64,000 nt of DNA from Minisyncoccota bacterium (lineage in GTDB: Bacteria > Patescibacteriota > Minisyncoccia > UBA6257 > 2-01-FULL-56-20), in NCBI GenBank assembly GCA_025449695.1, contig JANWIW010000036.1:320-64319 (forward strand). The letters run 5' to 3'. The translations under genes and the position numbers were made by a program. A model generated the notes under the pieces. The model searched no databases and was not told the origin of the DNA. It worked only from the letters and a program-made list of their open reading frames with translations. Below, in pieces: positions 9,429 through 17,921 of this stretch; position 1 is the stretch's first letter, and each line of letters starts with the position of its first letter.

Positions 9429-9500
9429 GCCCCCGTAGTTCAATGGATAGAACTCCAGACTTCTAAGCTGGCTATGTAGGTTCGATTCCTACCGGGGGTA
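9429..9500 (+). tRNA. tRNA-Arg(TCT)
   Basis: Cloverleaf, anticodon loop CTTCTAA, GGTTCGATTCC. Confidence 0.93.
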
Positions 9501-9501
9501 C

Positions 9502-9572
9502 CGGGCCGTCGTATACCGGTAGTACGCCTGCTTTGGGAGCAGGTAGACTGGGTTCAATTCCCAGCGGCCCGA
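9502..9572 (+). tRNA. tRNA-Pro(TGG)
   Basis: CGGGCCG acceptor, CCTGC-TTTGGGA-GCAGG, GGTTCAATTCC. Confidence 0.93.
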
Positions 9573-9715
9573 CACCTGAAGACAACATCTCCAATGTCCG
9601 TGTTCTGCATGAGCCCTTCTGCCACAAGGGTTTTTTGTGATCGCGGCAAAAGTGGGCAGGAGTGACACCTTCTTGGCAGTTTAGCTTGACGGAACGGGCA
9701 TGAAGGGTAAGCTAA

Positions 9716-9935
9716 TGGAGCTTCTGCGATGCTTGGTACCGGCATCGCCTATCGCTCGCGGCGGACTCCATCTGGCAGAGCTTAGTGCTCGGCTGCAGCG
9801 CGGGTCGGCAGTGATTCGTGGAGAAGCGGGGGTTGGTCCACGCCTTAGAGAGGGCGTGGCGCCCCTCTCTCGGCTTCACCGCCAAAGGTGCCCCATGCTG
9901 CCCCAGGCTTCCATGTCCTGGGGCTTCTTCTTTTT
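9716..9935 (+). ncRNA. Candidate structured small RNA (unassigned)
   Basis: TTGACG/TAAGCT promoter, several GC-rich hairpins, terminal hairpin plus U tract. Confidence 0.35.
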
Positions 9936-9982
9936 ATAGAGTATCGGTTTACTGTTTACTGTTTACTGTTTACTATATCCCC

Positions 9983-10519
9983 ATGAGTGAGGAAAGGATC
10001 CACTACCGGCCAAGCTGGGATGATTATTTCATGGCGGTCGTGAAGATAGTCGCCGCCCGCGGCAACTGCGACCGGCTCTATAGCGGCGCGGTGCTCGTGA
10101 AAAATAATCGCATCATAGCGACCGGCTACAACGGCGCCCCGGCGGGCCTCCCCACCTGCGACAAGGTAGGACACCTCCTCGAGGACGGACACTGCGTGCG
10201 CACCGTGCACGGCGAGCATAACGCCCTGCTCCAGACGGCGCGCATCTCCGGCCCCACCGCGGACGGCGCCACTCTTTATACCAAGTACAGTCCCTGCATC
10301 CACTGCGCCAAGTACATCGTCGCTGCGGGGGTCCACCGCATCGTGATGGGAAAGGTGTACCGCAATCCGCAAGCGATGGACATGCTGAAGGAAGCGGGCA
10401 TCACCGTCACCGTCTATAAGGAGGACCAGGAATGGCAGAAGGAACTTCTCGCGATCTTCGCGGAGGAGATCCCCGAGCGGGAGAACGAGGGAGTGATCAC
10501 TCTGGAAACCTCCCTCTGA
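9983..10519 (+). CDS. dCMP deaminase (ComEB-like)
   Basis: RPSWDDYFM, TGYNG, HGEHNA, PCIHC zinc motifs. Confidence 0.93.
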   Translation: MSEERIHYRPSWDDYFMAVVKIVAARGNCDRLYSGAVLVKNNRIIATGYNGAPAGLPTCDKVGHLLEDGHCVRTVHGEHNALLQTARISGPTADGATLYTKYSPCIHCAKYIVAAGVHRIVMGKVYRNPQAMDMLKEAGITVTVYKEDQEWQKELLAIFAEEIPERENEGVITLETSL

Positions 10520-10524
10520 CACAC

Positions 10525-10956
10525 ATGAAAATAAAAATTATCCGCGTGGATAAGTCGCTGCCTCTGCCGGAATACAAGACCGCCGGCGCGGTTGCGTTCG
10601 ATCTGTACTCCCGGGAGAAGGCCACTATCCCGGCGGGTGCCATCGTGGTCCTGCCCTCCAACTTCATCATCCAGGTGCCGGAAGGCTACGCGCTCATGCT
10701 GGCCTCGCGCAGCAGCACGATGAAGAAGGGCCTCTTCATGGTGAACGGGGTAGGCATCATTGATCAGGATTTCCACGGCCCCGAGGACGAGTTCAAACTG
10801 CCCATGCAGAACTTCACCAATCTGCCGGTGACCGTGGAGCGTGGCGAGCGCATCGGTCAGGGAATCATCCTCCCCATCATCAAGCCGGAATGGGAGGAAG
10901 TAGAGAAGATCAAGGACGAATCGCGCGGCGGCTTTGGCACGACGGGCGATCTCTGA
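10525..10956 (+). CDS. dut: dUTP diphosphatase
   Basis: AVAFDL, RSS, GIIDQDFHG, ERIGQ, RGGFGTTG. Confidence 0.95.
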   Translation: MKIKIIRVDKSLPLPEYKTAGAVAFDLYSREKATIPAGAIVVLPSNFIIQVPEGYALMLASRSSTMKKGLFMVNGVGIIDQDFHGPEDEFKLPMQNFTNLPVTVERGERIGQGIILPIIKPEWEEVEKIKDESRGGFGTTGDL

Positions 10957-11079
10957 CACCCCGGTTGACCGGAGGCGTTTGACGTGCTTTCATTTTGCGG
11001 CACGTTGAAAGAAGGTGGACAGGTCCCTGGATATCAGAGGTATCCAGCGCGCTGTCCATCTGCAAAAGGAGGTCGGATC

Positions 11080-11310
11080 ATGAGAATGATCGACAGAGCC
11101 ATGATCGTTACCGTGCTCGTGGGACTCGGCTTGTCCTGGGTAGGCGTGGTGAGTTTCGTCCTGAACGTCTACAGCCGGAATCCCGTCGCTGGGCCAGTGC
11201 TGCTGGTCGTGATCGGGATCGTCGTGATGATCGTACCGGTCATCATCGGCTGCTCGCCGTGGTTCCAGGGCATGATCAAACGGGAAAAGGTTCGGACGTT
11301 ACGAACCTGA
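11080..11310 (+). CDS. Small two-TM membrane protein
   Basis: AAAGGAGG SD, two hydrophobic helices. Confidence 0.65.
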   Translation: MRMIDRAMIVTVLVGLGLSWVGVVSFVLNVYSRNPVAGPVLLVVIGIVVMIVPVIIGCSPWFQGMIKREKVRTLRT

Positions 11311-11403
11311 AAGAAATTCCGGGATGAGTACATCCGCCCGGGCAGATATCTGCCTGCGGCGGATTTCTGTTTCCGGCAGAACAACAAAGAGCTTCACGCG
11401 CCT

Positions 11404-12282
11404 TCAGCCGGTGATCCAGGCGAGCGCGATGATCCCCAGCGCGACGAAGGCCGCCGCGATCTTCTGGTGCGGCTTTAAGCGCTCGTGGGAAACGAATAAC
11501 CCCAAAATAATGGCGATGATGATGTAGCTTTCGCCTATGGCCGTCGCGATGGCTATGGAGATGCGCGTCGAAGCCAGAGCGAACGCGATCCATCCGCAAG
11601 TCGCCAATGCGCCCACGGCAAAGAGCGTGCGAGGGGCCGCAACGAGGTCGCGTCGGAGCATCTTGCCCTCTCCACGCCAGAAGATAATCGCGAGCATGAT
11701 GAGTCCCTGGAGCGTCCAGACGAACCATACCGTAAAGAGCGCTCCGGCCTTCTGTGCTGATGCTCCTATGAGCAAAGAGACTATGGCGTTGCAGAGGGCT
11801 GCGGTGGTCGCGAACAGCATGCCCTTCTCGAACAACCGCTTGTGATAGTGGAGTTGGGCATGATGGCTCGTGGCGGCCAATGCGGTGCCCACGAATATCA
11901 ACGCGATGAGCGCCCAAGCGGCGAAGGTGAGCGATTCGCCCCAGAGCGCCACGGCAAGGATGGCGGCGATCGGCAATTCCGCGCTCGCGATCGGCTCCAT
12001 AACCGCAAGTTTCCCCTCCTTGAGTGCCTCCACATAGAAAAGGCTGGCGATGGTCATGGCGATGGTGGCGCCCAAGAGAAGAAATACGTTCCTCGGGACT
12101 GCGAGCATGGCGAAACCTTGCCCGATGAAGGGCGCGAGGACGATACTGCCTACAACACATATGAAAAAGGTGGGCCGCCAGATGCCGAACTTCCGGGAAG
12201 CCCTTTGGAGCAGGAAGTCCCCGAAGCCCCAGCCGAGCATGGCTCCGAAGGCCCAGAGCACCCCGATTGATTGCGGCGACAT
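11404..12282 (-). CDS. EamA/DMT family transporter
   Basis: About ten TM helices in two EamA repeats (WGFGDF, LWGESL, SHERLK). Confidence 0.9.
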   Translation of the reverse strand: MSPQSIGVLWAFGAMLGWGFGDFLLQRASRKFGIWRPTFFICVVGSIVLAPFIGQGFAMLAVPRNVFLLLGATIAMTIASLFYVEALKEGKLAVMEPIASAELPIAAILAVALWGESLTFAAWALIALIFVGTALAATSHHAQLHYHKRLFEKGMLFATTAALCNAIVSLLIGASAQKAGALFTVWFVWTLQGLIMLAIIFWRGEGKMLRRDLVAAPRTLFAVGALATCGWIAFALASTRISIAIATAIGESYIIIAIILGLFVSHERLKPHQKIAAAFVALGIIALAWITG

Positions 12283-12443
12283 GCACTGATTGTACTAAGT
12301 ATCGCCCTCGCCGTTTGCAATTTTGAACAGATTCTCTACACTGCTACCGTTCGCGTCTTTGTCTAATTTGATCAGAGCGGCTCATTTATCCCCGGTTTGT
12401 ACGAACCTTTAACTCGTCACCAAACCGCAATCCCGCCTAAAGC

Positions 12444-12809
12444 GCGTCCTTAGCTCCGACGCCGCATAGCGGGTCGGAGCCCCGACCGAAGCGTCGGGGC
12501 CCAGTGCTTTAGATGAATTTGAGAACGGTAAGGCAGGCTTGGTAAGTGGCTTGGATATACATCTTACGGAGTGGAAATGGCAGGCTCTACTTGGGAAGTA
12601 CTTCCAACCTTCGACATAGACTACTGCACCACATGGGCGGACATACCCCCAGCACAAAGAGGCTGGGCAAGGTCGAGCTTGTATTCTCACAACAATTCTC
12701 TACACTAGCAGAAGCGAGAAAAGTCGAACGCCGCCTTAAGATGCTCAAAAGAAAAGATTACCTGGAAAAGATAATACGAGACGGAGAAGTGAAGATGCGT
12801 CCTTAGCTC
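12444..12809 (+). mobile_element. Direct-repeat-flanked hairpin plus GIY-YIG mini-cassette at the tRNA-Val 5' end
   Basis: GCGTCCTTAGCTC at 12444-12456 and 12797-12809; hairpin CCCCGACCGAAGCGTCGGGG inside. Confidence 0.6.
12546..12806 (+). CDS. GIY-YIG nuclease (YhbQ/UPF0213-like)
   Basis: WIYILRS..LYLGSTSNL.HRL..H, EAR..ERRLK. Confidence 0.9.
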   Translation: MAWIYILRSGNGRLYLGSTSNLRHRLLHHMGGHTPSTKRLGKVELVFSQQFSTLAEARKVERRLKMLKRKDYLEKIIRDGEVKMRP

Positions 12810-12870
12810 AGCTGGTTAGAGCGACTCGTTTACACCGAGTAGGTCGCAGGTTCGAGTCCTGCAGGACGCA
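12797..12870 (+). tRNA. tRNA-Val(TAC)
   Basis: Cloverleaf, CTCGT-TTACAC-CGAG anticodon arm, GGTTCGAGTCC. Confidence 0.94.
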
Positions 12871-13039
12871 CTAGACATAGCGATTGACGCAGAACTCTTA
12901 AGAAGTTCACCCATAATATCTTGAGGTAGCTTGAGTTTTATATGTATTCGGTCAGGGACGGGCGTGCACATTGTTTTTGGCATGTAAATGACAGCCCGCT
13001 CGACGGCAGGCCGTCAGAGCGGGTGTTTCTGTTCTCGCG

Positions 13040-13771
13040 TTACGCGGAGGCGAGGGTGGCGTGGAAACCTTGGAGCTGACCTGCCCACGCATCGAGCACC
13101 TTCGCCTGGGCCAATGCGGAGAAGTAGAGCACTTCTCCAGGCTGCCGGCGGGTATCGTAAGGGGCTGGATCGAACGGGCTCATGGTGTTGCGTGCGAGAT
13201 GCTTGAGGCGGTCGTTTCCCGCAGCGAACTGATCGAAGAGCTCATAAATCCGGAGAACGCCCCCGAGTCCGAGCTCCGTCCAAGTAACCCTGACGTGCCC
13301 GTGGTCTTCGACGATCTTGCGCACGATCTCCGGGGCGTCAGGGTGCAACTTCACGAGCGAGCGAAACATCTGCAGGTTGGCAGGAGATTCGCTAGCCGGT
13401 GAGAAGAATGTGCCGTGCGCGAGAGGAACCACGCCGATGCCCTGGCCTTTGGGATCCAGACTGAACCCCACGCACAATTGCATGACGAGATCGTCCGGCG
13501 GTCTTTCGTCGCGGCTTCTGAACCGGTAATTCCAGTAACCCTTGTGGGCGGCGATGGTGAGAACCCCGTCATCACGGAACTCGTGCTCGAAGCCCTGCGT
13601 CGATAGGAACTTCAGCGTTGCATCGTCGATGGGGTAGCTCACAATCGTTTCGGAGTGAGCCCTCTTGCCCCCTTCGTGATAGATCACGCCCACATGATCC
13701 GCCGCTTTGCGGATGAGATCGAGTAACGTGAAGCTATCTTGTCCAGCTTCGAGAATAAGTGGTCCTGACAT
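13040..13771 (-). CDS. Hypothetical protein
   Basis: 243-aa ORF with AGGAGG SD and upstream TTGACA/TAGAAT-like promoter. Confidence 0.75.
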   Translation of the reverse strand: MSGPLILEAGQDSFTLLDLIRKAADHVGVIYHEGGKRAHSETIVSYPIDDATLKFLSTQGFEHEFRDDGVLTIAAHKGYWNYRFRSRDERPPDDLVMQLCVGFSLDPKGQGIGVVPLAHGTFFSPASESPANLQMFRSLVKLHPDAPEIVRKIVEDHGHVRVTWTELGLGGVLRIYELFDQFAAGNDRLKHLARNTMSPFDPAPYDTRRQPGEVLYFSALAQAKVLDAWAGQLQGFHATLASA

Positions 13772-13896
13772 TCTGTGCCTCCTGACTTTTACCTCTTTTT
13801 CTACTTTGCAAAGTATTCTATAACTCCATCTCTGTCAATGCTCAATGTTTTTTCAAAGAAGTTCCCATAACGTCTCCCCCTCACGCGTACCAATGG

Positions 13897-13923
13897 AAAA
13901 GCGGCCGACTTGTCGGCCGCTTT
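13897..13923. terminator. Rho-independent terminator
   Basis: AAAAGCGGCCGAC-TT-GTCGGCCGCTTT. Confidence 0.7.
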
Positions 13924-13960
13924 CATGTGCGCGTTATCCTGCGAAGACGCGGAAATCGGA

Positions 13961-14272
13961 TTAGCATCGCCCCGGCCAGCGCAGCACGCTGTAAAGCTGG
14001 ACTTGCTCGGAGGCGCGGCGCCAAAGAATCATGTAGACCGGCACGGCGGCGGCAAGCATCGTCCACTTGATCCACGCGAGCGGCACCGCGAACGCCGCGG
14101 CGCCAAGCGCGATGGCGACGAGGCCGAGCACGCCCATGGTCGCGAGCTCTTTCGCGGCTCCGTAACAGCCGACGCAGGGACACTGCCGGACGGCGCGGCG
14201 TGCGCTGATAACGGCCCGCAGCGGCCAGCCAATCGCGGAGAAAAGAATTTCCAACAAACGCACGATTCCCAC
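13961..14272 (-). CDS. Small membrane protein with CPCxxC motif
   Basis: GTG start after GGAGGT SD; hydrophobic helices. Confidence 0.55.
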   Translation of the reverse strand: MGIVRLLEILFSAIGWPLRAVISARRAVRQCPCVGCYGAAKELATMGVLGLVAIALGAAAFAVPLAWIKWTMLAAAVPVYMILWRRASEQVQLYSVLRWPGRC

Positions 14273-14407
14273 TCGGCACCTCCCCTTTTTTGATGCGGAT
14301 AGCGTTCTGAGCGAGGCGCCCATTTCGCTACCTACACGACATTGCAACGTGCAGTTTACCTTTGTATGCCATGCCGGCCTCGCGAAGTCAACACGGCGCG
14401 AGCCAGC

Positions 14408-15511
14408 TCACGCTATGGCGAACACGCTCGGATGCTCCACGAGGAGCTCGTGGCCCATCTCCGTCACGAGCACCATGTCTTCGATGCGGATCCCGCCGTG
14501 CTCCGGATAGTAGAGGCCGGGTTCCACGGTGATGATGTGTCCCGGCTGGAGCGTGTCCGTGGACCGCTCTCCCACGCTTGGCGCCTCGTGAACCTCCAGG
14601 CCCACGCCATGGCCCGTGGAATGAGTGAATCCCTTGTCGCCAGTGTCGAACCCGCCCTCTCCAAGCTCGTGCCGCACGATGCCGTCGATTTCCCTGGCTG
14701 CGGCGCCGGGACGGACCGCCTTCATAGCACGTGCCTGCGCCTCCTTCACCGCGTCGAACATCGCCTGGAGCCGCGGGGATGGCGCGCCCTTCACGTATGT
14801 GCGGGTCAGGTCGGCGAAGTAGCCGGTCCGGCGGTCCAGCGGGAAAAGGTCGCACACGATGGACTCACCCGCCCGGATCCGCCCTTCGCCTTTATGATGG
14901 GGGATGGCGGCGTGCGGTCCCGAAGAGATAATCATCCCTTCAACGTCAGCGACACCGGCGCGCACGAAGGCTATCTCTACCTCTTCCTTCAGCCACTCCG
15001 AGGTGAGCGGCGCGCCCTGCCATGTGACCAGGCCGTCCTCGATCCCGGCTTCCCCCAATATCTTCTCGATACGCTCGAAGCCCTTCACGGTGCATGCGGC
15101 GGTATGCCGCATCGCGTCGATCTCTTCGTCCGTCTTCACCGCGCGCTCGGGAAAGAAAGGATGGCGGACGTCCACCACGAACCCGTGCAGGCGCAAATGG
15201 TCCGCCATGTCGAGCGGGAAACTGCGCGGGACGGTCAGGCTCTTCTCTCCCGGCGCGAACCGGGCAAGGAGGAAAACCATGAACTCCGCGCGGGTCCGCA
15301 CTCCTTCCGCGCGGGCGATATCGAGCAAGGTGGTAATGAGCACGGTCTCGAAGCCTGTTTTCCCAGCGTTCACCACGCCCATTTCCCGATGGTCCAGGAA
15401 AAGGTATTCCTTATCTCCCGCCCGGATCCATGGCACCGGGTCGGAAACCTCCGCTTTGATCTTCCAGCGCAGGTCTGCGTTCTTGGTCGAGTCGTAGATG
15501 AGATCAGCCAT
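14408..15511 (-). CDS. Xaa-Pro aminopeptidase (M24 family)
   Basis: VKTDEEI, IPHH, DLTRT, HSTGHGVGLEVHE, EPGLY, GGIRIED. Confidence 0.93.
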   Translation of the reverse strand: MADLIYDSTKNADLRWKIKAEVSDPVPWIRAGDKEYLFLDHREMGVVNAGKTGFETVLITTLLDIARAEGVRTRAEFMVFLLARFAPGEKSLTVPRSFPLDMADHLRLHGFVVDVRHPFFPERAVKTDEEIDAMRHTAACTVKGFERIEKILGEAGIEDGLVTWQGAPLTSEWLKEEVEIAFVRAGVADVEGMIISSGPHAAIPHHKGEGRIRAGESIVCDLFPLDRRTGYFADLTRTYVKGAPSPRLQAMFDAVKEAQARAMKAVRPGAAAREIDGIVRHELGEGGFDTGDKGFTHSTGHGVGLEVHEAPSVGERSTDTLQPGHIITVEPGLYYPEHGGIRIEDMVLVTEMGHELLVEHPSVFAIA

Positions 15512-15566
15512 GTATGCATTATAAACGACTGCGCCGGCCCTAGCGGGGTCCGGCGCGATGGTGAAG

Positions 15567-15785
15567 CTAAGCGGCTATGGTGATAAGCAACAGGATGAGG
15601 GCAAGTGTCCCCGCCCCGACGATCCTGATCCCCTGCCACTGAAGGGCGCTGAGGGCCCTGCTCTGATCCACCTTCTTCCCCATGCCGGGGAAGTTGCGGA
15701 CACGCGAACAGACCATGATGCCCTCCACGATGCTCCAAACGATACAGCCGACAGCGACACAACTTACGACCATGTCCCAGCGCAT
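15567..15785 (-). CDS. Small two-TM protein
   Basis: AGGAGG SD, two hydrophobic segments. Confidence 0.55.
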   Translation of the reverse strand: MRWDMVVSCVAVGCIVWSIVEGIMVCSRVRNFPGMGKKVDQSRALSALQWQGIRIVGAGTLALILLLITIAA

Positions 15786-15958
15786 AGGCTGTCCTCCTGG
15801 TGGCCAATATACGTAGATTGTGCAATTTGGTCAATATCGGGCCCGAACGGCATGCGATTGACTATTTCTTTATTTAAATGTATAATACAAGCGGCAAGTC
15901 TGATCGGAATATCTCTGGTTTCCGAAAGGATTTGACTATCAATTATAGGAGGCCATTT

Positions 15959-16234
15959 ATGGCCATGTCAGAAGAGCGGCAACATGCGGTCAAGTCTGCC
16001 CTGCTCAAATCTCTCATCGTGCGGGTGGGAGTGGAAGTCCGTTCGGCGGAGGATTTCCGCAGGTCGCTGAGGAGGGAATTCGGAAACGACGTCCAGCTCA
16101 AGAAGGCGGACGTTACCGAGGAAGAGATCCTCGAGGTGGCGGGTCGGATCCTCCCTGACCTCATCGGCGACATGCTCGACTTCTCGAAGCTGCCGAAACG
16201 CGAACGTGGCGGGCACGATGGCGGCGGTCACTGA
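15959..16234 (+). CDS. Hypothetical protein
   Basis: AGGAGG SD; TTGACT..TATAAT promoter at 15858-15887. Confidence 0.65.
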   Translation: MAMSEERQHAVKSALLKSLIVRVGVEVRSAEDFRRSLRREFGNDVQLKKADVTEEEILEVAGRILPDLIGDMLDFSKLPKRERGGHDGGGH

Positions 16235-16380
16235 CAAGCAGTAAAACGGGCAAGGTTGACGCGCAAGCGCGTCGGTAAAAGGGTAATTGTCTTCTCGTCC
16301 TACGGACCAGAAACAGGATAAGAACCTCCCCTCCCCGTTCATTCCTCGATGCCGCGCGTACAACCGCGCGGCATCCTTCG

Positions 16381-17706
16381 TTATGCTATGCCGGGCACCG
16401 GGAATCTCGCGGTGATCCCCGCGACCTCCGCGCGCACTTCTTTGACCACGCTATTACCTGCAAGCGTTTCCACGAAATCCTTCACCGCCTGGGGACGGGC
16501 CGATTTTTCTTCGGGTAGCTCCGTCGCGCTGAACTCCTTCACTATTTTCGCGATGAGCGTGCCTATGTGCGTCATTTCCGCTTCCTTCATGCCCCGCGTC
16601 GTGAGCGCAGGCGTGCCGAGGCGGACGCCGGATGGATAGAAGGGCGAGGAGGATTCGTTCGGCACCGTGTTCTTGTTCGCGGTGATATGCGCCGCGTCCA
16701 GGGCTTTTTCCAAAAAAACTCCGAGGCCTGGGCGGAAGGGCGTGAGGTCGAGGAGGAGCAGATGGTTCTCGCTGCCGCCCGCGACGAGGCGCAGGCCTTC
16801 CGCCTGGAGCGAGGTCGCGAGCGCCTGCGAGTTCTTCACGATCTGGGCCGCGTATTCCTTGAAGGCGGGGGTTGCGGCCTCTTTCAGCGCCGCGGCGATG
16901 CCGGCGATGGCGTGCTCATGAGGGCCGCCCTGCATGCCGGGAAAGACCGCCTTGTCTATAGCGTCGCCGTACTCTTCTTTAGAGAATATCATCGCCGCGC
17001 GCGGCCCCCGGAGGGTTTTGTGGGTGGTGGTGGTCACGACGTCCGTGAACGGGAAGGGTGAAGGATGCTGGCCGCCGGCGATAAGCCCCGTGATGTGCGA
17101 CGTGTCCGCCATGGAGATCGCGCCGGCCTCTTTGGCGATGTCGTGCATCTTCTTGAAGTCTATGATGTGCGAGTACGCGGTGTAGCCGGAGAGGATCAGC
17201 TTCGGCTTGTGCTCGCGCGCGAGCGACGCGATCGCGTCGTAATCGAGCAGCTCCGTCTTCGGGTCGAGCGCGTAGAACACGAACTTGTACGCCTTGCCGG
17301 AAAGGTTGACAGGCAATCCATGGGTGAGATGTCCCCCAAGAGGAAGGGGCAACGACATCACCGTGTCTCCGAAGTTCAAGAGAGCGAAGTAGACGGCGAG
17401 GTTCGCGGGACTTCCGGAAAGCGGCTGGACGTTCACGCGGTAACCTTCCGCACCAAAGAGTTCCAGGGCGCGGCGCTTGCAAAGATTTTCCACCTCGTCC
17501 ACGTTCACACAACCGCCGTAGTACCGCTTGCCCGGGTACCCTTCCGCGTACTTATTGGTCAGGATCGATCCCATCGCCTCGAGCACCGCCGGGGACACGT
17601 AGTTTTCGGAAGGGATCATCTCCAGGCCGTCCTTCTGCCTCTTCTGTTCCGCGTCGAGCCATTGGTAGAGCTCGGGGTCGTTGGCTTGTAAATTTGGGTA
17701 GTTCAT
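16381..17706 (-). CDS. glyA: Serine hydroxymethyltransferase
   Basis: SENY, YAEGYPGKRYYGG, GGHLTHG, TTTTHKTLRGPR, GVRLGTPA. Confidence 0.98.
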   Translation of the reverse strand: MNYPNLQANDPELYQWLDAEQKRQKDGLEMIPSENYVSPAVLEAMGSILTNKYAEGYPGKRYYGGCVNVDEVENLCKRRALELFGAEGYRVNVQPLSGSPANLAVYFALLNFGDTVMSLPLPLGGHLTHGLPVNLSGKAYKFVFYALDPKTELLDYDAIASLAREHKPKLILSGYTAYSHIIDFKKMHDIAKEAGAISMADTSHITGLIAGGQHPSPFPFTDVVTTTTHKTLRGPRAAMIFSKEEYGDAIDKAVFPGMQGGPHEHAIAGIAAALKEAATPAFKEYAAQIVKNSQALATSLQAEGLRLVAGGSENHLLLLDLTPFRPGLGVFLEKALDAAHITANKNTVPNESSSPFYPSGVRLGTPALTTRGMKEAEMTHIGTLIAKIVKEFSATELPEEKSARPQAVKDFVETLAGNSVVKEVRAEVAGITARFPVPGIA

Positions 17707-17921
17707 AAGAATAGTTCTTAGTTCTTAAGTTTCTAGTTGAGTAGCACTACAAACTGAAAACTCGCAACTGACAACTATGTTTTACACCATGGCCTCCATT
17801 TTCTCGCATTTTGCCGTGTTCGGCAAACTATTGTATTTACTGCTGAGCTTGTGGGAACTCGGCGGTAAGTTATCCTGGAGAGGTTCGTCTTCACGTAGTC
17901 ATCATTTTTCATCAAACATTC

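Noticed and set aside
12905-12932. Possible dif site (CCCATAA half)
   Set aside because: No TTATGTTAAA-like XerD arm
16244-16375. Multi-hairpin region between convergent genes
   Set aside because: No promoter or recognisable RNA family; terminator and 3' UTR structure suffice
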